This document shows positions 34,075-42,822 of a stretch of 64,000 bases of DNA, piece after piece. Location of the stretch: positions 1,810 through 65,809 of the forward strand of contig RGUL01000004.1 of NCBI GenBank assembly GCA_010027845.1, read 5' to 3'. The DNA comes from Gammaproteobacteria bacterium (GTDB lineage: Bacteria > Pseudomonadota > Gammaproteobacteria > Steroidobacterales > Steroidobacteraceae). Within the stretch, counting starts at the first letter, position 1; every line of letters begins with the position of its first letter. The position numbers and the translations under genes are program-made. The notes beneath the pieces are model-generated. The model ran no database searches. It saw nothing but the letters and a program-made list of their open reading frames with translations, and was not told the origin of the DNA.

Positions 34075-36489
34075 TTAAAATTTTACGCCGAACTCGATGC
34101 CGAAAGTGCGCGGTTCGTTGAAGAATCCGCCGTAGCCGGTCGTCGGCGCGGCCGTGCCTCTGTAGAAGACATGTTCTTCGTCGAGCAGGTTACGCGACCA
34201 AATCGAGACGGATGCCATACCACCACCTACCGGAATGTCGGCGAGTGACATACGTCCGTTCACGACCATAGAGCTGTCGCCTTTGGTGTTCGAGAGTGTC
34301 ACGGTCCGAACGCCACCTGGCGCGTCTGCAAAAGCGAAATCCGTGTTGGCCGTATAGAAACCGTCACTGAAATTCGCGTCGAGGTGCAATGCAAACTTGA
34401 AGCCCATGAACGGAGTCTGGTAATCCGCCGCCACGCTGCCCGCTTTCTCCGGCGAGTAGGTCTGATAGATCGGAATCGGCGAATTGATGATCGTAATAGC
34501 CCCGCTAACAATTTGCGGGAAGGGATTCTGCGTCGCCGGAATCTCTGCTTTGTTGTAGGCGTAGCTCGCGGAGAGCGTCAAATCGTCGGTCGCCGCGAAC
34601 GTAAGATCCGCTTCGACGCCCTGCAATTTACCCTTGCCCGGCGCGTTGATGGTTTCGGTCGTCGTACGGTTCGTCAGCACGTTGCCCTGTAGATAGGGCG
34701 CGCTGAAGTCGACCTGAATATCTTTGTACTTCCCGTCATACACGGCAACGTTCAGACGCGCGCGGCGATCGAAGAATTCCATTTTCGAACCGATTTCCAC
34801 CATCTCGACCGTCTCCGGACCGAACGGCTTATAGGTCAACGAACGCGAGTTCGCGCCACCAGATTTATATCCCGATGCGTACCGCGCGTAAGCCAACACG
34901 TCGTCGGTCACGTCATAAGCGACATTGAAGATCGGGTCGAATCGCGACCAAGAAGTATTCAAAGGATTTGGTGACACGAGCGGCGTCGTCGTTCCGGGCT
35001 GAAAGAAAATCTGCCCTTGCGAGCCAACCGGGAAATTGACGTCGTTGATCGTCAGCATTCGACCGACCTTCTCGTCCTTCGTCCAACGACCACCGGCGGT
35101 GACGTGTAATTTGTCGTCAAGACCCTGCGGCGTGTACGTCGCCTGGCCGAACACACCCTGACTCGTCGTCGTGACTTTTGAGGCGCGGTCGATTCGCTGC
35201 GCCAAGTAATCGATCGAGCGCGGCAGGCTCCCTATGCCAATCGCATCGGTGAATGCATTGGTCGTGAACGCCCGCGCGTTATCCTGAACCGTCTCGCGAA
35301 AATATAGTGCACCGGCGGTCCACTTCAATCGCTCGGTGGCGCCGATGAAGTCGATTTCTTGGCTGAACTGGTCCTGATTGAAAAGGGCCAAGCTGTAGCG
35401 ACCGAACTGCTGATTCAGTACCGTCGCCAATGTCGGCGATTTAAAGGCTCCGACGGACAGTGCCGCCGAACCATTATCCCACTGATCCTGCGTGAGGTCG
35501 CGATAGGCAGTGATCGACTTGACCGTCAAAGAATCGGAGACCGTCCATTCACCGGTGAGTCTATGTCCCGACGTCTTGCCAACACTTTTCTGCTGGGGCA
35601 CGCCGAAGGTGGCGGTGTCGATGCGTTTAGTGCTGGCGGTGTTGCCCGCGACCGGAACGAGCGTCGTGAGTGGTGTCGGGCCGAGATACTGCTGATAAAG
35701 CGTCGTCGTCGCATCGTACGCTACGTCATATGCATAGTCGGCCGAAATATCCGCTGTCGGCGCCCAAAGCACGCGAGCACGAAAACCGCGGCGCTCGAAA
35801 CCTCCGAAGTCTTCCGCTTGGGGCAGCGGGTTCGCCACCCAGCCGTCTCGACCGGTGAGCACCCCGCCGACTTTCACCGACAAATCCGCAAACTTTGGGA
35901 AGTTGAGTTGGAACTCGCTCTGATAGCCGTTGAAGTTCGCTACGCTAGCTTTCGCCACCAGGCCGAACTCACCCGTCGGTCGCTTGGTCGTGATCGACAC
36001 CGCGCCGCCTTCGGTATTGCGGCCGAATAAAGTTCCCTGCGGGCCTTTCAACACTTCGATACTGTCCACGTCGTACAAAGCTACGCCGAGACCCTGCGGA
36101 CGGCCTAAATAAACACCGTCGACATACATTCCGACGCCCTGATCGCGCGCTGGCTGGTTACTGTCCAATAGGACGCCGACGCCACGAATGTTGGTGATCA
36201 ACGCGCCAGGACGCGAGAAAAACGGTGCGATCTTGAGGGACGGGATAGCGCCATCACCGAGATCGACGAGCGAATAGACCTGTCGATCTTCTATGCCGGC
36301 CGCCGAGAGCACCGAAATCGCGATCGGTGTTTCTTGCAGGTTTTCTCTGCGCTTTTGCGCGGTGACCGTCACTTCCTCTAAACCACCCGATGTCGACTCT
36401 GATGCCGTGACCGGCGCCGCAGTTGCCGCTGGGACGAACGAACTGAGAATTAAAGTCGAAACGATCGCAATCGAGAGTTTCCGTTCCAT
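34075..36489 (-). CDS. TonB-dependent receptor
   Basis: Signal peptide, LEEVTVTAQKRRENLQETPIAISV plug start, C-terminal ...TFGIEFGVKF. Confidence 0.9.
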   Translation of the reverse strand: MERKLSIAIVSTLILSSFVPAATAAPVTASESTSGGLEEVTVTAQKRRENLQETPIAISVLSAAGIEDRQVYSLVDLGDGAIPSLKIAPFFSRPGALITNIRGVGVLLDSNQPARDQGVGMYVDGVYLGRPQGLGVALYDVDSIEVLKGPQGTLFGRNTEGGAVSITTKRPTGEFGLVAKASVANFNGYQSEFQLNFPKFADLSVKVGGVLTGRDGWVANPLPQAEDFGGFERRGFRARVLWAPTADISADYAYDVAYDATTTLYQQYLGPTPLTTLVPVAGNTASTKRIDTATFGVPQQKSVGKTSGHRLTGEWTVSDSLTVKSITAYRDLTQDQWDNGSAALSVGAFKSPTLATVLNQQFGRYSLALFNQDQFSQEIDFIGATERLKWTAGALYFRETVQDNARAFTTNAFTDAIGIGSLPRSIDYLAQRIDRASKVTTTSQGVFGQATYTPQGLDDKLHVTAGGRWTKDEKVGRMLTINDVNFPVGSQGQIFFQPGTTTPLVSPNPLNTSWSRFDPIFNVAYDVTDDVLAYARYASGYKSGGANSRSLTYKPFGPETVEMVEIGSKMEFFDRRARLNVAVYDGKYKDIQVDFSAPYLQGNVLTNRTTTETINAPGKGKLQGVEADLTFAATDDLTLSASYAYNKAEIPATQNPFPQIVSGAITIINSPIPIYQTYSPEKAGSVAADYQTPFMGFKFALHLDANFSDGFYTANTDFAFADAPGGVRTVTLSNTKGDSSMVVNGRMSLADIPVGGGMASVSIWSRNLLDEEHVFYRGTAAPTTGYGGFFNEPRTFGIEFGVKF

Positions 36490-36569
36490 GAGCGCTCCGT
36501 GATGCAGTAATTAACTCGTCGAACAGACGAGCCGAGCGCTCAATGGTCGGCGTGCAAGATAAAATTTTA

Positions 36570-36598
36570 TTGACCGATTGTTGAAGTTATTGTGAATG
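36570..36598 (-). promoter_or_regulatory. Pho-box-like array of three 11-bp-phased TTCAC/TTCAA/GTCAA units upstream of the TonB receptor gene
   Basis: Minus strand reads CATTCAC-aata-ACTTCAA-caat-CGGTCAA, followed by an AT-rich stretch (TAAAATTTTATCTT). Unit starts are at 36596, 36585 and 36574. The array overlaps the last codons of phnX. Confidence 0.35.
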
Positions 36599-37450
36599 GC
36601 CGGACGTTTGATCGGGTCGGCTGGCGTTCGGCAAGACCCCGGACGCGATCAATTCTTCGATTTGATCTACGATCGGTAATAAATCGGCAACACCGTCGAT
36701 GACGAAATCGGGACCGGCCTCTCTCAGGTCCGCATGCGCACGCGATCGTATCGCAGAGCGTTCACCGGCCGACAACGACTGCCATTGCTCGATCGTCCGA
36801 CCGATCGCGTTACCCGTCGTCGCCACACCGACCGTCCAACACCCCGCGTTCTTGCCTTCGAGTAGTCCGGGCACGGTATCGTCTATCTTAATCACACGAT
36901 GGGTGGGCCATACCGCGAGCTCGATCAATGATTTGTAAATAGCGATCGGTGTCGGACGGCCCTGCGCGACCTCGTCGGCACACACCACGCTGTCCAAATC
37001 CAAGCCTTGTTCGAACGATCGACGAACAACCGGCACCATCACATCACGGCTGTAACCGGTCGTCGATCCGATGCGAACGCCCCGCGCACGAAGTTCTGCG
37101 ATCGTGTCGAGGACTCCTGGGATGATGTTGGAACGACGCTCGGCTGCGGCAACCAGTCGCGGTCGCAACTCCTCGTATAAACGGTCCACGTCGACTAATT
37201 CGATCGGGCGACCTATAGCAGCCTCCCAACTGCGCTTCACACCGGGCAGTTTACTAATCGCCAAGATGTGCTCACGCTTGCCGAGGCCCATCGGGCCCCG
37301 GACGTCTTCCTCCGTCACGGTGACATGATGTTGGCGGAATAGCTCGACCATCGCAGAGGTCGGTGCGGTGCTACCGAAGTCGACCAGGGTTCCGGCCCAA
37401 TCAAAGATCACCGCTCTCACTGCTGGCTGCTCGGTTGACTTGCTCACCAT
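36587..37450 (-). CDS. phnX: Phosphonoacetaldehyde hydrolase (phosphonatase)
   Basis: AVIFDWAGTLVDFG (HAD motif I), PMGLGKREH (Schiff-base Lys region), IGSTTGYSR, IKIDDTVPGLLEGKNAGCWTVGV. Confidence 0.9.
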   Translation of the reverse strand: MVSKSTEQPAVRAVIFDWAGTLVDFGSTAPTSAMVELFRQHHVTVTEEDVRGPMGLGKREHILAISKLPGVKRSWEAAIGRPIELVDVDRLYEELRPRLVAAAERRSNIIPGVLDTIAELRARGVRIGSTTGYSRDVMVPVVRRSFEQGLDLDSVVCADEVAQGRPTPIAIYKSLIELAVWPTHRVIKIDDTVPGLLEGKNAGCWTVGVATTGNAIGRTIEQWQSLSAGERSAIRSRAHADLREAGPDFVIDGVADLLPIVDQIEELIASGVLPNASRPDQTSGHSQ

Positions 37451-38562
37451 GCTTCAAAGACCTCCTCGGCGATTCCGAATGCAGTGCTCGCCCCGGTCCC
37501 GCTGGTGACCAAGACCAGCCGCACCGTTTCATGGGGCGCACGGATCAAGGCATCGCGCTCGAATCCGACCGGATAGGTTCCGACCCAGCGTTCGACCACA
37601 TCGAACTCGTTCACACGAATCGCCTCTGCGAACAAGCGTAAAATAATTTGATCGATTTTTTCGCTGGCGAAAGGTTGCGCGGCCCGTTGCTCGTGATGCG
37701 AGTCGCCAATGACGAACGTACCGTCCGCGCTTTGCACGGCAATTAAGTGAATACCTGCCTCTAAAGCCTCCGCCTCCTCGGCCGCGAGCTGATTCATCAA
37801 ATGCGCTGAGGCCTTGCGCGCCGTATACCCACCGTAGCGTACGAGGCTGAGGTCGGACATGACCGCGGACGGCACGTCGAGTCGATCGTGCGGTTTGACG
37901 CGAAGCATTTGCAGACGAGTCAAGCGCAGCGACAGATCGGCGATCCACGGCGCGATGATGCCCGTTAAGTCAGTGCCCGGGCAGACGACGATCCTCTCAG
38001 CGTGAATCTGACCGAAGTTGGTCAAGACTCGGTCGGCCTGAACGTCTACCACCGTCGTTCCCCAAAAAATTCGAACGCCGCGTACTCGCTCGAGCCACTC
38101 GGCTAGTCGGGGTATCGCGACGCGCGACTCGATCCGGATCTCGTGCGGCGAGTACAAGACCGCCGCCGCGCTCTCGAGATTGAGATAGGGCAGAGTTTGC
38201 TGAATTTCGCCCGCGGAGAGCACTCGACATTCTCGTCCCATATCGGTCGACAAAAACTCCTCCAGCACTGCCGCCGCCGCTTTGCGCCGTCCGATAACCC
38301 ACAACCCACGCTGCTCGATCGGAATTGATGCGTCCGAGGTGATTCGCACCCATAAATCGCGCGTTCTTCTCGCGCGTCGCCAGGTTTCACCCTCCGGCTG
38401 ACCGGTAACCGTGATGAAGCCGAAATTGCGTACCGAAGACCCAATACAAAAATGATCGCGCTCAACGATCGCAACTCGTAGTCCGCGCCGAGCCGCCTCG
38501 ACTGCGTGAGCAAGCCCGACGATTCCTGCGCCGACGACCAGAACATCGAATTTCTCGGTCAT
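37444..38562 (-). CDS. FAD-dependent oxidoreductase of the type associated with 2-aminoethylphosphonate catabolism
   Basis: [15 protein letters not shown] dinucleotide motif and [13 protein letters not shown]. It sits between phnE and phnX. It resembles the TIGR03364-type family (from memory). Confidence 0.65.
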   Translation of the reverse strand: MTEKFDVLVVGAGIVGLAHAVEAARRGLRVAIVERDHFCIGSSVRNFGFITVTGQPEGETWRRARRTRDLWVRITSDASIPIEQRGLWVIGRRKAAAAVLEEFLSTDMGRECRVLSAGEIQQTLPYLNLESAAAVLYSPHEIRIESRVAIPRLAEWLERVRGVRIFWGTTVVDVQADRVLTNFGQIHAERIVVCPGTDLTGIIAPWIADLSLRLTRLQMLRVKPHDRLDVPSAVMSDLSLVRYGGYTARKASAHLMNQLAAEEAEALEAGIHLIAVQSADGTFVIGDSHHEQRAAQPFASEKIDQIILRLFAEAIRVNEFDVVERWVGTYPVGFERDALIRAPHETVRLVLVTSGTGASTAFGIAEEVFEAW

Positions 38563-39308
38563 GCAATCCGTTTCCTGACGTAGGCGGAAAACAAATCGGT
38601 CAAGGTCACGGTGCCGATCAAAATGATCAACACCGCGGACGTCTGGGCATACTGAAACCCCTTGATCACCTCGACCAGCACCACGCCGATTCCGCCCGCC
38701 CCCACCATGCCCACCACCGAGGCGGAACGAACGTTAGCCTCGAATCGGTAAAGAACGTAGCTGGCCCAAAGCTGCGTCACTTGAGGCAGAACTCCGAAGA
38801 TTATTTCCGTCAGGCGACTCGCGCCGGTGGCGCGAATCGCGAGCACTGGTTGACTGTCGATCGTCTCGACCGCCTCAGCGAAAAGCTTTCCTAAAGTTCC
38901 GGCAGTCGTCACTGCGAGCGCCAAAACACCTGCAAACGGTCCCAAGCCCACCGCGACGATGAACAACATCGCGAAAACCATTTCATTGATCGCCCGACAA
39001 GCATCCATCAGTCGCCGAACCGGTTGATAAATTACCGACGGCACGACATTCTCAGCGCTGAGCAAACCGAATGGCACGGCAGCGATTACGGCGAGAAAAG
39101 TTCCGCAAATCGCGATTTGCACCGTGGTAATCGTCTCGCGTGCGTACAGACGCCAATCGGTGAAATCCGGCGGCAGGAAATCCGCACCGTACTCGAGGAT
39201 GTTGTCGGCGTTCGCGAATAACTGCATCGGCTGGATATCGGCGCCGTTCCACGCCCAAGTGACGAGTAACGCAGTCAACCCCATCCAGAGGTACCGGACA
39301 CCGCTCAC
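38559..39308 (-). CDS. phnE: Phosphonate ABC transporter permease
   Basis: About 250-aa polytopic protein with the EAA-like loop [21 protein letters not shown]. Overlapping stop/start with its neighbours. Confidence 0.8.
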   Translation of the reverse strand: MSGVRYLWMGLTALLVTWAWNGADIQPMQLFANADNILEYGADFLPPDFTDWRLYARETITTVQIAICGTFLAVIAAVPFGLLSAENVVPSVIYQPVRRLMDACRAINEMVFAMLFIVAVGLGPFAGVLALAVTTAGTLGKLFAEAVETIDSQPVLAIRATGASRLTEIIFGVLPQVTQLWASYVLYRFEANVRSASVVGMVGAGGIGVVLVEVIKGFQYAQTSAVLIILIGTVTLTDLFSAYVRKRIA

Positions 39309-40177
39309 GGCTGCGACCCTCGGAGGCGCTCTAGCTCTCTAATCGGCATCAGTTGCAAATTAGACGATTTCTTAAAACCGCCGTAGTCGTACATGTTCTT
39401 CAAAACTGCTCGCTCCGCAGCGTCCGTCTTGCCGTAGTCGATGACGAACGACTCGATTTTCGCTTTCAAAGTGGTCGGCAAATCGGCTCGCCAAACGAGT
39501 GGATCGCTAGGAATCGGCGGACTCCGCCACAACTCGCGAACTTGTGCTCGGCGTGCAGGCTGATTGATTTTCAATTTTTGAAGATCTTCGGAATCAGTGA
39601 TGGCGACATCAACCTGCCGTGCCAACACCGCTTGTATGTTGGAGGCATGGCCCGCCATGTTTACGGCTTTGAAAGCCGTTCGATAGTCGACACGGTTCTC
39701 GTCGAAAAGATACCGCACCGGATACAGATAGCCGGAGGTCGAACTCGGATCACCGATTCCTAGTTTCAAGTCACCTGCTCGCGCGAGGACGTCTTCGATG
39801 GTCCGCAACGGCGAGTCCACTCGGGTGATTAGAAGACTGTAATAGGCGGCCGATCCATCCGAGTAGTAAATTTGCGCAAATACTTCGCCCTTCGCACGAT
39901 CGACAGCTGCGATCGCAGCTTTGTTCCCCAGCCACGCAACATCCACCTTACGAAAGCGCATCGCCTCGACCACCCCGGCATAATCCGGGGCGTAAAATCC
40001 GCGCACTTTGAGTCCCGTCTTGCGTTCCATGTCGCGAAAGAACGGCTCCCAACGCGTACGTTGGATCGACGAGGAATCTGTCGCGATCACGCCGAACACG
40101 ATTTCTTGCGCTTGAACGAGGCCAGCCCCCAAAACGAGCACGCAAGCGACCGTAATCGCCCGAAAAAGACTCAACAC
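39305..40177 (-). CDS. phnD: Phosphonate/phosphite ABC transporter substrate-binding protein
   Basis: Signal peptide. FGVIATDSS..., [19 protein letters not shown] and [12 protein letters not shown] blocks typical of PhnD. Confidence 0.8.
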   Translation of the reverse strand: MLSLFRAITVACVLVLGAGLVQAQEIVFGVIATDSSSIQRTRWEPFFRDMERKTGLKVRGFYAPDYAGVVEAMRFRKVDVAWLGNKAAIAAVDRAKGEVFAQIYYSDGSAAYYSLLITRVDSPLRTIEDVLARAGDLKLGIGDPSSTSGYLYPVRYLFDENRVDYRTAFKAVNMAGHASNIQAVLARQVDVAITDSEDLQKLKINQPARRAQVRELWRSPPIPSDPLVWRADLPTTLKAKIESFVIDYGKTDAAERAVLKNMYDYGGFKKSSNLQLMPIRELERLRGSQP

Positions 40178-40947
40178 GCGAATACCTGCTGTGCAACAGC
40201 GTCGTCGAACGATTCCGGCGTACCGTCAAAGACGATTTTTCCGGACTTAAGGGCGACGATTCGATGGCAATGGCGACGCGCCAGATCCAATTGATGGAGA
40301 GTGATCAACAGGGTCACGCCGCGGCTCTCGTTGAGTTCGACCAGATGACGCATTACACGTCCACATGACTCGACGTCGAGTGCGGCAACGGGTTCGTCTG
40401 CCAATACGACATGAGCGCCTTGAACTAAAACTCGCGCAATGGCGCCACGTTGCTGCTGTCCGCCGGACAGAGTGGACGCGCGCTGCAAGGCGTGATCGCT
40501 CAACCCGACGATCGACAAAGCATCTCTCGCAGCCTGAAGGTCTGACGGCATAATTCGTCCGGTCACCATGCGCCAAACCGGCGTCCGCCCCGCCGCTCCC
40601 AACAAGGCGTTGGTCAGCAACGACAGCGGTCCGACTAAGTTGTACTGTTGAAAGATGACGCCAATCCGTGTCCGGACTTCCCGTATTTTTTTTGAGATAC
40701 GTCCGCGCGTTTGAATGGGATGACCGAGTACGACGATATCGCCCGAGTTGCGGTCCACGCATTCAAGTCCAGCAATCAAGCGTAGCAGTGTGGACTTGCC
40801 CGACCCGGAGGGACCCACGATAGCCACCCGCTCACCAGATTCAATCCTTAGGGAGATCTGCGTCAAAATGCGGTGACCGCCGAACGATTTCGAGCAATCG
40901 GAGATTCGTATCGCGTCACTGTCCATGCCGCGACGGTAGAGGGACAT
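40171..40947 (-). CDS. phnC: Phosphonate ABC transporter ATP-binding protein
   Basis: Walker A GPSGSGKST, signature LSGGQQQR, Walker B VVLADEP. An alternative start at 40926 is possible. Confidence 0.85.
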   Translation of the reverse strand: MSLYRRGMDSDAIRISDCSKSFGGHRILTQISLRIESGERVAIVGPSGSGKSTLLRLIAGLECVDRNSGDIVVLGHPIQTRGRISKKIREVRTRIGVIFQQYNLVGPLSLLTNALLGAAGRTPVWRMVTGRIMPSDLQAARDALSIVGLSDHALQRASTLSGGQQQRGAIARVLVQGAHVVLADEPVAALDVESCGRVMRHLVELNESRGVTLLITLHQLDLARRHCHRIVALKSGKIVFDGTPESFDDAVAQQVFAC

Positions 40948-41014
40948 CGTTAAGAATCAATGACGTCATCCCCTTGTAACGGAAATATGCGGTCGAACTA
41001 TTTATGCTGCGGTC

Positions 41015-41578
41015 ATGATCGCCATACCGGATATTGCAGAACTTTTCAGGGCCCGCGGCTCACGCCGCTATGCCGACGAGCCGGTCACGCAACTCGAGCA
41101 TGCGTGGCAAACGGCACGATATGCCCGAGAAGCGACCGACGATTCAGAGCTCGAGTTAGCCGGATGGCTGCACGATATCGGCCATCTTTTGATTGAGGAC
41201 GACGGATCGCCGACGTTACGCGGCCTCGACGATCGCCACGAAACGTCTGGCCGACTCATTTTAGCGCCTCTGTTCGGGCAGCGAGTGGCCGAGATTGTCG
41301 GATTACACGTCCGCGCCAAACGGTATCTGACGAAGGTGGACCCCGACTATCTTCGACGACTTTCCGGCGACTCGATGCGCAGCTTGGCACTGCAAGGCGG
41401 TCCGATGACGGCCGAGGAAGCGGATGTCTTCATCTGCCAGCCGGCAGCGGCTGACGCGCTCGCGTTACGACGGTGGGACGACGCTGCGAAAGTTGCCGGA
41501 GATGCTCCGACCTGTGTCGATGCGTCGCTACACGATCTCCAAATATTGATGCGACACGTCGCCGAACTTAGATCATGA
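41015..41578 (+). CDS. PhnZ-like HD-domain (mixed-valent diiron) phosphonate oxygenase
   Basis: VTQLEHAWQTA, WLHDIGH, GLHVRAKRYL, LALQGGPM and RRWDDAAK align block-for-block with PhnZ as I remember it. Confidence 0.7.
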   Translation: MIAIPDIAELFRARGSRRYADEPVTQLEHAWQTARYAREATDDSELELAGWLHDIGHLLIEDDGSPTLRGLDDRHETSGRLILAPLFGQRVAEIVGLHVRAKRYLTKVDPDYLRRLSGDSMRSLALQGGPMTAEEADVFICQPAAADALALRRWDDAAKVAGDAPTCVDASLHDLQILMRHVAELRS

Positions 41579-42822
41579 GCGGCGCCCACACGGATTCCGG
41601 GGCCGAACGTAAGCTCGCGTTCCGCATGGCGATCACAGCGATTTTTACCCTCGCCGGCTATGAGTCGTTACGCTCAGCAGCCACGGTGTTGTTGAAGACG
41701 GCTTACGGCCCGAACATCCTGCCGCTTGCGATGGCGACTACCCCGATCGTCACATTGGTCGGCCTCTGGGCGTATAGCAAACTCTTGACCGCGCTCGGAC
41801 CACGACGAACTGTCGTGACGACGACACTAGGATTTTCACTGCTTATAACGCTCTCGTTCATCGCGATTCATAGCGGACTACAGCCGGCGACGCTGCTGCT
41901 CTACTGGCTCAAAGAGTTCTATATCGTGCTGTTGATCGAGCAATACTGGAGTTACCTCAACTCCAAATTGACCGAACCGAGTGCCCGACGCCTCAACGGT
42001 CCGATCACCGGAGTCGCAGGGTTCGGCAGCATCATGGGCGGCTGGATCGTATCGACAGCGGCCTTACCGCTCGGTACCGAGGCATTGCTATTAATCGGTG
42101 CTGCGACCTTGTTGCCTGCCGCTTGGCTTGTCAATTCCACCTACCGCCATTTCGGCGAGCCCGCACCACGTGAAACGTCGTCACCGGTCAGGCAGCGCTC
42201 TGCACTCGGTTGGGATTTGATCCGTAACGACCGGCGACTCGCCGCGCTCTTAGCGGTGGTGCTCGTCACCCAGATGCTCTCTTCGCTACTGGAACTGAAG
42301 TTTCAGAATTTGTCGTCGCTCGCGTATGCTGGTCGGCGTGATGCAGAGACGGCCTTTCAAGGGCAGTTTTGGTTCTATCTCAACTCGGTTGCTTTGTTTT
42401 CTCAATTCTTACTGACGCCTTTGTTCCTCACACGGTTCAGCCTGCGACAAGTTCACTTGTTGATGCCGGCCGTCCAACTCGGCGCCATCGGCTGGGCACT
42501 GCTCGCGCCCTCTCTCTGGTCGGTTAGCGCCGCGTTCATGGCCTTTAAAGCATTGGACTACTCGCTGTTTCGCGGCGCCAAGGAACTCGTTTATTTACCG
42601 CTAAGTTTCGATGGTCGTTACCGGACCAAAGAATTGATCGACGTCTTCGGCTATCGTTCCGGCAAAGCCGTTTCATCGCTCAGTATCGCGGCCCTACAAA
42701 AGACAGGTCTCGATCTATCGACTTGGTTTTTGCCGGCCGCTTTCGCGCTCGGCACGCTCTGGATGGGACTGTCGCTACCGCTGACCTCGATGCCAAAAAA
42801 ACCGCTCGACGATCAACCCTGA
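41575..42822 (+). CDS. 12-TM transporter (MFS / TLC-type nucleotide-antiporter-like)
   Basis: ATGA overlap with the HD oxygenase gene. Hydrophobic periodicity suggests about 12 TM segments. The N-terminal ERKLAFRMAITAIFTLAGYESLRSA resembles Npt/TLC-like carriers. The family call is weak. Confidence 0.45.
   Translation: MSGAHTDSGAERKLAFRMAITAIFTLAGYESLRSAATVLLKTAYGPNILPLAMATTPIVTLVGLWAYSKLLTALGPRRTVVTTTLGFSLLITLSFIAIHSGLQPATLLLYWLKEFYIVLLIEQYWSYLNSKLTEPSARRLNGPITGVAGFGSIMGGWIVSTAALPLGTEALLLIGAATLLPAAWLVNSTYRHFGEPAPRETSSPVRQRSALGWDLIRNDRRLAALLAVVLVTQMLSSLLELKFQNLSSLAYAGRRDAETAFQGQFWFYLNSVALFSQFLLTPLFLTRFSLRQVHLLMPAVQLGAIGWALLAPSLWSVSAAFMAFKALDYSLFRGAKELVYLPLSFDGRYRTKELIDVFGYRSGKAVSSLSIAALQKTGLDLSTWFLPAAFALGTLWMGLSLPLTSMPKKPLDDQP

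Noticed and set aside
32440-42822. A possible horizontally acquired island, suggested by somewhat lower GC across the thioesterase/phosphatase genes and the phn cluster.
   Set aside because: There is no integrase, transposase, tRNA attachment site or flanking direct repeats in the window. The compositional dip was judged by eye and from small hand counts only, so no mobile element is called.
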